IMG/VR virus record: IMGVR_UViG_3300042508_000526
From: a virus
Taxonomy: Duplodnaviria; Caudoviricetes
DNA: 64,000 nt
Strand: one strand, 5' to 3'
Below are positions 47,951-57,130 of this stretch, one piece after another. The notes under the pieces are model-generated. The model worked only from the letters and a program-made list of their open reading frames with translations, was not told where the DNA came from and did not search any database. The stretch's first letter is position 1. Each line of letters begins with the position of its first letter. A program made the translations under genes and the position numbers.

Positions 47951-50900
47951 TTACTTATTATCTTCCACAATATGAACCGGGGTGTCTACCTCTATTTCGC
48001 CGCGCCGATACGCCAGCACGGCGTCTTGCCGGTTTCTAAACACGCGCGGCTTGGCTTTGTTATTGATGCGGCTAGACGCCACGTATAAGCCAGTTTGATA
48101 GTCTTTATTGGGCACGTAGTGCGCCCGGAAGCTCGACGCCGCGAACAGATTTTTACTCGGCAGCATCTTGTCGACAGCTTCTTTTGCTGCATCTTCAGTC
48201 GACGGCACGTGATACTGCATAGCGTCGCCGTCAAAGTCGGCGCCGAATCCCTTTGTGATAACGGGGTTTACTTCCATGACCTTGTTCTTTGTTAGCCGCG
48301 GGTAGAACGCCATCATTCCATAGCGATGCAGAACCGGCGCGCGATTGATGATAATTGGCCGGGAATTCATTTGCTTGTCTAGCTCGGCCGCTGCTTCTTT
48401 GTTCTTTTTCTCAACCGCTTCCAATGCTTGCATGCGCGGTAACCCACGGCGCACTAGCCCGCGCACCACAAACGGCTTGTAGATATCCCACGCCTTTTCT
48501 TCGGGCAAGGCCACCTGATCCATGTCTAGATCGGGGTTTGGCGTAATTACCGCGCGGCCGACGAGGTCGACCGTCGAGCTTAATAATTTGCGCTGCACAG
48601 TGCCGTACTTTGGTGACGCCCCAAAAATGTGGCGTAAAAACCCTTTTACGTTTCGTTCAGCGTTTTTGGGCTGCTGCGGTTCGCCTAGGCCAGTCACGCC
48701 CTTCATTGCGTCGTACACACTGAGTCGCTCGTCGCCGTACTCAGCTAGTGCGCCGGACGTATCTTTCAGCGTGTTGTTGGCGTCCAGCAACTCCTTGTAT
48801 AAGTAATTTGCGTCAGCTACGAGCGGCAGCTTTTTGCTGCCCATCGTACTAACGGGCCGAAACAGAGGCGGCAGCACCGGCACGCGTGTTAGCATCCAGT
48901 CTTTTGGATGCACGCCGGTAGACTCCGCACTCTTTAAAAAGCCAAGCCGTCGTACCGCTGCGTCGCGTAACGTTTTTCGGCCGGATTTGATATCTTCGCG
49001 CGCCTGTTCAATGGCCTTTGGCAAATTGATTTTGGCTAGCGCGTCTGCAATCGCTTTTGGGCCGGTTTGGTCGCCAAGCTGGTCCGTACCCGCTAACACG
49101 CCGCGAAATTTTTTCTCCGTCAAGCCCAGCACGCGGCGGATCGGATCTTCCATCACCGGATTCGGCATGGGCTCGTGTAATGTTATTTTTGACCATCGGT
49201 TACCGCCGTGGCCGCCAGTAAGTGACTCGTCGAACAGGCCGCCCTTGATCGGCTTAAGCCTGCCCTTCCAGTCAACCGTCTCGGCGTTTTCGATTTCACG
49301 TGCGCCGGCTAATCCGTCGACGTCTTTGTCTGTAAGCGCCATAACGTTTGTGCGTGTACCGCTGCGCACAACGTTAATGCCAGACGCCTTCAGCTGCCCG
49401 ACAAACTTTTCGTATACGTGTGGGACGCGCGGAAGCGGCGGCGTGTAACCGGCCATGAACTGCGACCAGTACTCTGGATTAGCTTGGCCGCGCACCATCT
49501 TGGCGTCACGAATTACTTTGCCAGCGCCGTGCGACAGCAAGGCGCCAAGATCCAACATGCCAACCCGCTTAGCGCCTTCTGATCCACCCTTCGCCGGAGT
49601 GCCTTCCGCGGTGTATGCGCCCGTTGCACGCCCCTGCGCTTTGGACTCGCTGGTGTGATGCAGTTTCATAAAAAAGCGCGAGCCGGTAAGCACACCCGGA
49701 ATCTTTCGACCTGTCTCCGGGTCGGTTAAGTCTTCTGTATCAGATAACCCGTTCCTGTCTAATTCTTTCTGCGCAAACTCGACAAGATCTTTCTGGTCAT
49801 CGAAGTCTTTGATCTTAAACGGCTTGCCAGTCTTTGCGGCAACTTTGCCCAACGCCGCCTCAATAACCTGCGCCGGATTAACACGCGAAATTAAACCTAG
49901 CGGGCTAACCAGCACCTCGAACGGATTGCCGTCTTTGTCTTGCGGCATCTGGTCATCGGGGATGATGTCTGCCACAACGCCTTTATCGCCAAAGCGGCCT
50001 GTAAGCTTGTCGCCAACGTCCATCGCGGCTTGGTTTTTAACAACGACGCTCACGCCCTTTTTTGTGTGCACAACGTCCGTAACGACTCCGGGCGCATGGT
50101 GTTCCCACGTCACCGTCTCGTTGGTGAAGCTGCCCGCGCGGCCGCGATGCACTTTGCCGTAAACCGTGTCTTTTTTCTTAGCTACCAGCACCAGCGGATC
50201 GCCAAAGTTAACTGTGGTGCCCTTTTTAATTGCGCCCTGATCGTCAAAGTTGTCCAGCATCTTGCGCTCGTATTCGCGGGGGAAAAGACTCACGAACGCC
50301 TTTTTGCCAACGTGAGTGTTATCGTCCCATTCCGCTTCGTGCTGGTACATGTGCTCTGACGTAAGCCGCTTGGCCGCAGACTCGGAGATCACTACGGCGT
50401 CTTCGTAGTTTTTGCCGCGAAAGGGCAGATAAGCTACGCGCATGTTCAGACCCAGCGCGGCGCTCCCTTGATCGTCCGTAAAGTTCGACTTGGCAAGCAG
50501 CTGTCCCGGCTTTACGTAATCGCCCGGTTTAACCAGCGGCGTTTGATGTAAAAACGTTTTTCGGTTGTACGGCATCTCGTTGTACAGCTCGATCGTTTTC
50601 TTTTCGCCGTTCTTGTCGCGCAGCACGATCGCATCTGGCGTAACGTCGACAACCTGCCCGGCTTCAGCCGCTCTCGCCGCGCCAAGCTTTTCGCCCATCT
50701 CGTCTTCGTGCGATACGTTTTCATCGTCAAACTTGGCCGACTGCACAAGCGGCGTTTGGGCGCCAACGAGCGGAAGCGCCTGCGTAAACATGCGACTACC
50801 CATGATCACGCGCTGCCCTTTAACCATGGCTTTCATCGGCACCATGTTTGTGAGCGCAGAAAACGTCGAATCCATGTTTGACAGGCTGTACTGCGCATCT

Positions 50901-52378
50901 TTGCGGTCGACGTACTTCATCTTGCCGTTTACAAGCGCAGCCACTACCGGCATTTTGTTATTTGTCTCGCCCGGGAACACGAGCGGCGTATCCGCTAGTT
51001 CCTGCGGCGTCTTGTATTCCGTCTCACCTGTTTTCATGTTGATCACAGGCGTGTACACCTTCCCATCGGCGCCCTTCATAGCGCCCCGCGCAAACCGCAT
51101 ATCAACGCCAACTTTGCCGGACTCAGGCGTGCGCAGATAGTCGATAAAGCCCAGATGGCTGGGCTGCACACTGCGCGACTCTGCCGGCACGGCGTCGAGT
51201 GACGCGATGCCGCCTTCGCCCATTCGCGTAACGCGTGTTTGGTGGTCAAAAATTTCGGCGGGGTTGATCTCTTCAAGACTCGATCCAAGACCAGACCCGA
51301 TCAGCGCAGCAGAAATCGCTTTATCGAAGACGCCGCTCGGAATGTGATCAATCGACTTCTTCGCCGTGGCTTTCCACAGCAACTTGTTTAAACCCTGCCG
51401 ATCTTTGGTGAAGCGCTCAGAGATGAGATCCTCTGGCCCGACGACAGATTGAAACACCATGTTGTCGCGGTCGTCACTCTCGGCTTCGCGTCGGTTAACA
51501 GCTAGCAGCTTTTTTGTAATTGCCAGAATGGTGTCTGGCGTCATGTTTTTGTATTCGCTACCTAGCGTGCGGCGTGTGACTTCAGGATCAAGCTCTGTTT
51601 TGGCAAACTCTTCAAGCAACGCCTTGGCTTTGATCGTGGCGTCTGCTCCGGCGACTGGTTTATTCACAAAGCGACTGTACAGCTTGTCGAGCGTACCGGC
51701 GTCGCCTTTTTCCATATTGACGGCCGTTATCTCGTTGCCCCACGCCTCGCGGATCTGGCTGTCCGTAACGCCCATGGTTTTCAGCAGCGGCATTAGCGGA
51801 ATCTGCGCCTGTCCGACGCTGATTTTAAACACGCCCGTTTTCGGATCTAAAAAGTAACGGTGCGAGCGGCCTTTGCCCGGCAGTGTGTTTACGTGCGCTT
51901 CGATTTCGCCGTTGTCTTTTTCGCGGGTGAAGACGCCGGACTTAAGCCGCATCTGATGCGCCAGCGTGTACTCGACACCGCCGTTGACGAACGTGCCAGC
52001 ATCTGTCAGATAAGGCACATGCGCGATAGTTGCACGCTTCTGCCCAAGCGGCTGTCCGGTTTTGTTATCAACTAGCGCCCACGTACCCTGTAAACGACGC
52101 GACAGCGAGCCGCGCGAGAGCACTGCCTTTTTTTGGTCGGCCCGCGTAAATCGTTCGGGCCCCGTGTAGCCGACGTCTTGCAGCTGCAGCGTATACAAAT
52201 CGTTTTGCAGCGGGCGCAAACCCTGCGCGCTTGTCAGCGCCTGATTGAAGATGTTGTCGCGCATCGAGCCGATGTCGCCAAACGTCCGCATTGGTGGCGG
52301 CGTTGTCGGCGGCGCTGTCGGCACCGCGGGCGGCTGGCTGCTGAACTGCTTCAGCGGCGGCAATTCAGGCGCTGGCAT
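47951..52378 (-). CDS. rpoBC: RNA polymerase beta subunit fused to beta' N-terminal half (1475 aa)
   Basis: beta motifs: RTPESGKVG, GKNYEDAVVISE, GDKLTGRFGDKGV, FMKLHH. beta' motifs: PVLPPLFRP, VDLVGRAVI, NRAPVLH, GADFDGD. Single ORF. Confidence 0.95.
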   Translation of the reverse strand: MPAPELPPLKQFSSQPPAVPTAPPTTPPPMRTFGDIGSMRDNIFNQALTSAQGLRPLQNDLYTLQLQDVGYTGPERFTRADQKKAVLSRGSLSRRLQGTWALVDNKTGQPLGQKRATIAHVPYLTDAGTFVNGGVEYTLAHQMRLKSGVFTREKDNGEIEAHVNTLPGKGRSHRYFLDPKTGVFKISVGQAQIPLMPLLKTMGVTDSQIREAWGNEITAVNMEKGDAGTLDKLYSRFVNKPVAGADATIKAKALLEEFAKTELDPEVTRRTLGSEYKNMTPDTILAITKKLLAVNRREAESDDRDNMVFQSVVGPEDLISERFTKDRQGLNKLLWKATAKKSIDHIPSGVFDKAISAALIGSGLGSSLEEINPAEIFDHQTRVTRMGEGGIASLDAVPAESRSVQPSHLGFIDYLRTPESGKVGVDMRFARGAMKGADGKVYTPVINMKTGETEYKTPQELADTPLVFPGETNNKMPVVAALVNGKMKYVDRKDAQYSLSNMDSTFSALTNMVPMKAMVKGQRVIMGSRMFTQALPLVGAQTPLVQSAKFDDENVSHEDEMGEKLGAARAAEAGQVVDVTPDAIVLRDKNGEKKTIELYNEMPYNRKTFLHQTPLVKPGDYVKPGQLLAKSNFTDDQGSAALGLNMRVAYLPFRGKNYEDAVVISESAAKRLTSEHMYQHEAEWDDNTHVGKKAFVSLFPREYERKMLDNFDDQGAIKKGTTVNFGDPLVLVAKKKDTVYGKVHRGRAGSFTNETVTWEHHAPGVVTDVVHTKKGVSVVVKNQAAMDVGDKLTGRFGDKGVVADIIPDDQMPQDKDGNPFEVLVSPLGLISRVNPAQVIEAALGKVAAKTGKPFKIKDFDDQKDLVEFAQKELDRNGLSDTEDLTDPETGRKIPGVLTGSRFFMKLHHTSESKAQGRATGAYTAEGTPAKGGSEGAKRVGMLDLGALLSHGAGKVIRDAKMVRGQANPEYWSQFMAGYTPPLPRVPHVYEKFVGQLKASGINVVRSGTRTNVMALTDKDVDGLAGAREIENAETVDWKGRLKPIKGGLFDESLTGGHGGNRWSKITLHEPMPNPVMEDPIRRVLGLTEKKFRGVLAGTDQLGDQTGPKAIADALAKINLPKAIEQAREDIKSGRKTLRDAAVRRLGFLKSAESTGVHPKDWMLTRVPVLPPLFRPVSTMGSKKLPLVADANYLYKELLDANNTLKDTSGALAEYGDERLSVYDAMKGVTGLGEPQQPKNAERNVKGFLRHIFGASPKYGTVQRKLLSSTVDLVGRAVITPNPDLDMDQVALPEEKAWDIYKPFVVRGLVRRGLPRMQALEAVEKKNKEAAAELDKQMNSRPIIINRAPVLHRYGMMAFYPRLTKNKVMEVNPVITKGFGADFDGDAMQYHVPSTEDAAKEAVDKMLPSKNLFAASSFRAHYVPNKDYQTGLYVASSRINNKAKPRVFRNRQDAVLAYRRGEIEVDTPVHIVEDNK

Positions 52379-52382
52379 ATAA

Positions 52383-53255
52383 CTACCCCGCCTGCGCTTG
52401 TTCGGCTCGCTGCTTCAGGGCGACAATCTCGTCGGGATCTACGTACGTCGGCAGAATACCGGCGATACGCGCCTTGGATTGCGCCGCCTCTTCTACAGCC
52501 TTGGCACGAGAACGCTCGCGGGCCCGGTCGTACATTAACTTGGCCGCAAGTCCGCCCAGTCCTAAACCAGTGGCCACATAGGCGCCACCCACGGCCGACG
52601 GAACACGTTTGGCGGTGTCCCACATGCTCGTCAGCATCTCTAGCGGGTTCGCCTGCTTCTCCGCAGCGGCCTTTTGCCCGGCGAGGTCATACACACCGTC
52701 TAGTTTGTTCGCCGACGGGCCGACCAGCGCGGCATAGTACTCTTTTTCGGCCGCATCAATCTCGGCCTGCCGATCGCGTTTCTTCTTACGGTTGTGCAGC
52801 GCTTGAATAAGTTTATAGCCGCCGTATGTGCCTAGTGCACCGGCGCCCAGCGTAGCAGCCGTACCAAACGACGAACGAATAACGTTTGGATCGTACGAGT
52901 TCGGCGCTTTGGGTGTAACCGCCGGCGTAAACGGCTTTAGAAAATCAACAACGGAGTCGGGCAGTGCGCGGCCAATACCGCCAGCGACGTCGTCGTAGGC
53001 ACCGGCCATTTTGTTGCCCGGCACTACAGCTTCCGCTGGGTTTTCGTCTTCTTCGACTTCGGGCTTGCGGTCGCGAATCGCTTGCGACAAGCCGCGGGCA
53101 AGATAATAAAGCCCTGCAGCGCCAGCGCCGAGACCGAGACCACCAACACCAGTGCGCAAAATGCGATCACCCCAAAAACGCTGGAAGTCTTGGGGCGTAG
53201 GTTTGCCAGCAACGGCGGGTTGAACGTCATTTGCGAGCTTTGCGGTAGTCGTCAT
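52383..53255 (-). CDS. Glycine-zipper head-associated protein (290 aa)
   Basis: GVGGLGLGAGAAGLYYL, AATLGAGALGTYGGY and ATGLGLGGLAAKL; KLA, KMA, KAA and KQA motifs. Confidence 0.6.
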   Translation of the reverse strand: MTTTAKLANDVQPAVAGKPTPQDFQRFWGDRILRTGVGGLGLGAGAAGLYYLARGLSQAIRDRKPEVEEDENPAEAVVPGNKMAGAYDDVAGGIGRALPDSVVDFLKPFTPAVTPKAPNSYDPNVIRSSFGTAATLGAGALGTYGGYKLIQALHNRKKKRDRQAEIDAAEKEYYAALVGPSANKLDGVYDLAGQKAAAEKQANPLEMLTSMWDTAKRVPSAVGGAYVATGLGLGGLAAKLMYDRARERSRAKAVEEAAQSKARIAGILPTYVDPDEIVALKQRAEQAQAG

Positions 53256-53267
53256 TTTAGCCCCTCA

Positions 53268-53615
53268 TTACAGTTTCGGCGGAAGCATGCCGTATACCTG
53301 CGCCCACTCCAACCAAACGCGAAAATGTTTTTTTTCGTCGTCCCAGTTGTCGCTGCGCTTCAACAGCCGATACCAGCCGTTCACTATCTTATCATTTATG
53401 TCGTCAAATTCTTGCTTTTGCTGCTCGTCCCACAGGTCGAACATACGCGACTTGTAATCAAACCGCAGATCTATATTTTCCAGTTCGTCCTGCTTTAAAT
53501 CAGCGCGAAACCCATTGCCGACGACGGGAAAACCCTCCATCGTGCCCGGCCAGTTTAACTGATCGCCGCCGTGCTGCGGGCCGCCTAACTCAGCGTGATA
53601 TTTGCGCAGGCTCAC
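53268..53615 (-). CDS. Hypothetical protein (115 aa)
   Basis: Tight packing; Trp-rich globular sequence. Confidence 0.6.
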   Translation of the reverse strand: MSLRKYHAELGGPQHGGDQLNWPGTMEGFPVVGNGFRADLKQDELENIDLRFDYKSRMFDLWDEQQKQEFDDINDKIVNGWYRLLKRSDNWDDEKKHFRVWLEWAQVYGMLPPKL

Positions 53616-53618
53616 AAA

Positions 53619-53975
53619 TTACCTTTCTGGTCGATACAGCCGTAACTTCCGATTTGTCTTGGCCCGGGCGGCGTAGGCTTTGTACGCCGCGGCTAGTTCT
53701 CGCGCCTTAAGGTCATCTTCATCGACATCGGGCTCGGTTAATTTCCCGGCCAGATGCCCCGCCAACCCGCCACCAGCCGTCGCTAAAAGCAGCGGGGCGT
53801 AGGCAATATTGCCCGCCCAGCTGCCCACATTGGACAGCGAATTCATGTCAAAGCCGCTTTTTGCGAAATCTTCTGCGGCCTTAATGCGCCCGTTTAACGC
53901 GTCGCCCGTCAGGGCTTCTTCGGCGCACCTGTGTAAAAAGCCCAGCCTAAAGGCTTCCTTTTCCGTGACATCCAT
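53619..53975 (-). CDS. Small glycine-zipper protein (118 aa)
   Basis: LLLATAGGGLAGHLAG after a KSG motif. Confidence 0.6.
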   Translation of the reverse strand: MDVTEKEAFRLGFLHRCAEEALTGDALNGRIKAAEDFAKSGFDMNSLSNVGSWAGNIAYAPLLLATAGGGLAGHLAGKLTEPDVDEDDLKARELAAAYKAYAARAKTNRKLRLYRPER

Positions 53976-53976
53976 G

Positions 53977-54468
53977 TCAAAAGTCTCCGGGCAGAATAAG
54001 TTTCTTTGGCTGCGACCCGACGCTAAAGTCGGGCGTTACGTGCTTACCGGTATCCTTTCCGATAGGCAGCGCACCGGGCAGCGAAGTTGCAAAATTCGCG
54101 CCGCTCGCCATGGATATCTTACTCTTTCGACCCGGCCTGTGTCGCCTAAACCACGCGTCAACAGCCGGATCGTCCCGGTCGCCCTGCTCTTGGGCTTCTT
54201 TTGTTACCTCGATCATATTCTCGATCGCCCGCTGTAAGTCCATGCGGTCCGCGGCCATCCACGGCGCCTGCATCGGATTTTCAGCCGCCATGGTCCGTAA
54301 ACGCCGCGCTTCTTCGCTGATAGCCTGCGCGCGCTGCAAAAATTCTTTACGCGTTAAAACAAAAAACTCGCCGGTCTGTTCGTCGTGCAGACAGACGAAT
54401 CCATTTTTGGCGTAAAATTTGAGACCGCGATAGCTGTAACATTTACCGGTTTTTTGGTAAGCCGACAT
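53977..54468 (-). CDS. Hypothetical protein (163 aa)
   Basis: AAGGTG RBS; tight packing. Confidence 0.6.
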   Translation of the reverse strand: MSAYQKTGKCYSYRGLKFYAKNGFVCLHDEQTGEFFVLTRKEFLQRAQAISEEARRLRTMAAENPMQAPWMAADRMDLQRAIENMIEVTKEAQEQGDRDDPAVDAWFRRHRPGRKSKISMASGANFATSLPGALPIGKDTGKHVTPDFSVGSQPKKLILPGDF

Positions 54469-54476
54469 TCAACACC

Positions 54477-54830
54477 TTACGCGTGGGGAATCTCACAGCC
54501 GTTCTCGTCGCACTTGCTGGACTTCGCCGGCGGTACGGGCGGGAGCGGTTTGACCTGCAACTTCATCGACGGCATCGGGCCAGCCTCTTTCATGCCGCCC
54601 TCTTTCGGCTCGCACTCGGGGCAGTCCGTCCAGCCCTGACCGTCGCCCGTGCGAACCTTGCCGACGCCATTACACCGCGTGCAGTCTTTTGTGTCTACAA
54701 GCGGTTTGACTACCGGCGCAGCAGGAAGCATAGAAGCGTAAGCAGCCTCTGCAGCGACCACACCGATATAGTCTTTTTTGGGCGGAGCTGCATGAGACGA
54801 CGGAGCCATTAATAAAAGCCAATCGAGCAT
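54477..54830 (-). CDS. Small protein with DnaJ-type CxxCxGxG...CxxC finger (117 aa)
   Basis: CTRCNGVGKVRTGDGQGWTDCPEC; hydrophobic N-terminus. Confidence 0.55.
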   Translation of the reverse strand: MLDWLLLMAPSSHAAPPKKDYIGVVAAEAAYASMLPAAPVVKPLVDTKDCTRCNGVGKVRTGDGQGWTDCPECEPKEGGMKEAGPMPSMKLQVKPLPPVPPAKSSKCDENGCEIPHA

Positions 54831-54845
54831 GTTAACCCCACTGAT

Positions 54846-55871
54846 TTAGATATTACCAAGCGCGCCGAAACTACGCAGCTTCTTCGGCGGCCAACCGTTT
54901 ACACCCGAAATCGCCACCATGTAACGATTTTTGATATCAGACCAGCGAGCCCAGAACGCACCAACTGGAATGTCAATGTTCGTGCCGAAGATGCGGCGAC
55001 TTCCTTCATTCCACGCGCCCCAGCTGTTTTGGACCAACACCAGCGGCTCGCCGTATAGCTTTACTATTTCTGCGCGATCGTCAACACCAAGATAGGCGAG
55101 CGCATGCGCCCAACTGCCTTTGCGTTTACTTACGCCGTTTGCATCGCGTTGATCGGAGAAGCCCTCGCTGCCGCACGAGCTAACGCAGTAACCGTTTGCT
55201 AGCAGGTCGCGAAGCGCCTCGTACTCTTCGACTTCCGTAATTGTTTGCACGCGATGGTTTTCACCAATCTTGCGCCACGACTCAGGCGGCGTTCGAGAGC
55301 CGTATAGTCCGGCATTGCGCGCGCTGTATTGTGTAAAATCAACATCAATTTCGTCGTACTTCTTTCGCAGCCACAAGCCGGAATCGTTTAACGCGACCTG
55401 CGCCGCCTCTGCGCAGCTCCAGCCGTCCCCGCCGTGCCGCCGCCAATTGTAAAACGCTTCAGTGCTGAGCACGCCGTTCAGTCGCGCCGTATCACTGACG
55501 TCGGGCGCGCCCTCTAGACGACCACTGTTCGGGTCCGGCACACCGCTTGTGATCTCGCAGCACATCGTGCCGAGGCACGCGTTGCGCGTCGACCAACTTA
55601 CGCAGTCGCCGCGTCCCTGCGCGCCACCCGGTAAGGAGTCGGGGTACAGCTTGAGTACTTCCAGCACGGGCAGGCTTAACTTGCCTTTGCCGGTTTCCTC
55701 AAGGCTGTACTCCGCGCACGCCATGGCGCCGTCGGGGATACCGCCGGCGTTTTTAATCTGATCTCGAAGTGCTGCGGCAGCTTCCGGGTTGCTGTAGGCG
55801 CCAACGAAGCCGCCTTCATAAGCTGCCACAACGTCGTAAACGTTCGAGAAGAACTGTTCATTATCAGCCAT
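54846..55871 (-). CDS. Papain-like (C1 family) cysteine peptidase (341 aa)
   Basis: QGRGDCVSW (oxyanion Gln, catalytic Cys); WAHAL (His); VQNSWG (Asn); GGAGG RBS. Confidence 0.85.
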   Translation of the reverse strand: MADNEQFFSNVYDVVAAYEGGFVGAYSNPEAAAALRDQIKNAGGIPDGAMACAEYSLEETGKGKLSLPVLEVLKLYPDSLPGGAQGRGDCVSWSTRNACLGTMCCEITSGVPDPNSGRLEGAPDVSDTARLNGVLSTEAFYNWRRHGGDGWSCAEAAQVALNDSGLWLRKKYDEIDVDFTQYSARNAGLYGSRTPPESWRKIGENHRVQTITEVEEYEALRDLLANGYCVSSCGSEGFSDQRDANGVSKRKGSWAHALAYLGVDDRAEIVKLYGEPLVLVQNSWGAWNEGSRRIFGTNIDIPVGAFWARWSDIKNRYMVAISGVNGWPPKKLRSFGALGNI

Positions 55872-55891
55872 GACGTGCCTCCAAACTTAAC

Positions 55892-56365
55892 TCAAGCCGT
55901 CGGCTCTTCGGGCGTAACCGGAGCTTCAGGGGCCGGCGACTCGCTAACAAGCGTGACACCGAGGAACCCGGGCTGCGCCGGCGGAAGCGTGTCGACCGCT
56001 GTAAACTCATACTCAGCGGCCGGCGAAACGTTGCCGGCATCGTCGACGTCAACCAGCGAGAGCTTGACCACGGCGTCTTGCGGTACAACCACAACGCCGA
56101 GATCTTCGCTCACCGGGTAAGACGTCGAACCTTTTTCTTCACCATTCACGGTCACCGACAGAATACGCGACACGACATCGCTGTCGACGGGCGCACCGGC
56201 GGAAACACGATACGTAAGCACATCAGCCATATTTACATTGCTCCTGATCTGCACTACTGTTAAGCCAACCGGCTCCGATGGCCCGTGCAGGGCAAGCCAT
56301 TCGTGTAACACTACCAACAACCAAAAGACGAGACATACGAGCAGTACGGCAACGCTGAGCGCCAT
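55892..56365 (-). CDS. Membrane-anchored Ig/FN3-like protein (157 aa; possible internal start at 56230)
   Basis: N-terminal hydrophobic helix; VSLVDVDDAGNVS FN3-like strand; AGGAG upstream of the internal ATG. Confidence 0.55.
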   Translation of the reverse strand: MALSVAVLLVCLVFWLLVVLHEWLALHGPSEPVGLTVVQIRSNVNMADVLTYRVSAGAPVDSDVVSRILSVTVNGEEKGSTSYPVSEDLGVVVVPQDAVVKLSLVDVDDAGNVSPAAEYEFTAVDTLPPAQPGFLGVTLVSESPAPEAPVTPEEPTA

Positions 56366-56366
56366 G

Positions 56367-56825
56367 TTATTTCTTACCATTAGCGGAATTGGCTACCGTG
56401 ACACATGCTTCAATAAGTTTTGCGCGAGTGGCGTCGTTTGCAGGCACAACGTCGTCCGTACCAACAGCCCGCAAAAATACCGCCTCAATTGCCTTGTCGA
56501 GGTCGGGGTATTTGCCCGGAGTGTCGATAGCCATGTTGAGCGTACGCGCCTGTAACTCAGCCCATTGCTCTGTCGTAACAATACGCTTGACCGGCTGACC
56601 ACCGTCGCGCCGCAGTACTTCCGCAAGGCCGTTGTACACGCCGTTAATTCGGTCGGTATCGACGGTGTCTGCGTCAACAAGCAGCTCGACAATCTTGGTG
56701 TCTGTTGGCCCCGCGGGCGTGACTGGCGCGACAGGCTTTACCTGCGGAATTAACGACGGCACGCCGTTCGGAAACACGAACGACAAAGCGAGCAGCAAAC
56801 CAAAGACCCAAACAAGCTTTTTCAT
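56367..56825 (-). CDS. Exported or membrane-anchored protein (152 aa)
   Basis: MKKLVWVFGLLLALSFVFP signal-like N-terminus. Confidence 0.65.
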   Translation of the reverse strand: MKKLVWVFGLLLALSFVFPNGVPSLIPQVKPVAPVTPAGPTDTKIVELLVDADTVDTDRINGVYNGLAEVLRRDGGQPVKRIVTTEQWAELQARTLNMAIDTPGKYPDLDKAIEAVFLRAVGTDDVVPANDATRAKLIEACVTVANSANGKK

Positions 56826-57097
56826 ACAACACCCTTTGACGGTTGCTCATACTCTACGATCACACGCAGTAGCGACGTGCAGGCTTCGACACCGGCCCCG
56901 CAGCCCTCCGCGGCAAGCTTGTCGCGCAGCTTGGTGACGGCAATGATATCGTCCACAAGCGGCACAGCGATCGACGCTGTCACGCCGCCCGTTACCGTTT
57001 TGTCGGCGCGGCGGATGAGGCTAAGCAGTTTGTCGCGGTATGTTACCGCCAGCGCAACTACGAACAGACCAGCCAGTACCAGTTGAACCGTATTCAT
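56822..57097 (-). CDS. Small membrane protein (91 aa; start moved to ATG 57097)
   Basis: GGAGG RBS; N-terminal TM segment LVLAGLFVVALAVTY. Confidence 0.6.
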   Translation of the reverse strand: MNTVQLVLAGLFVVALAVTYRDKLLSLIRRADKTVTGGVTASIAVPLVDDIIAVTKLRDKLAAEGCGAGVEACTSLLRVIVEYEQPSKGVV

Positions 57098-57130
57098 AGA
57101 ACCTCCAATTGAAAGTAACACCCTAGTTTA

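Noticed and set aside
47951-52378. Intein or intron in the RNAP gene
   Set aside because: Conserved motifs are spaced as tightly as, or more tightly than, in bacterial RNAP; no intein termini or LAGLIDADG motifs seen.
36859-53336. Homopolymer T-runs (about 36860, 40385, 53328) as frameshifts
   Set aside because: All read in frame as Lys/Glu codons within intact ORFs.
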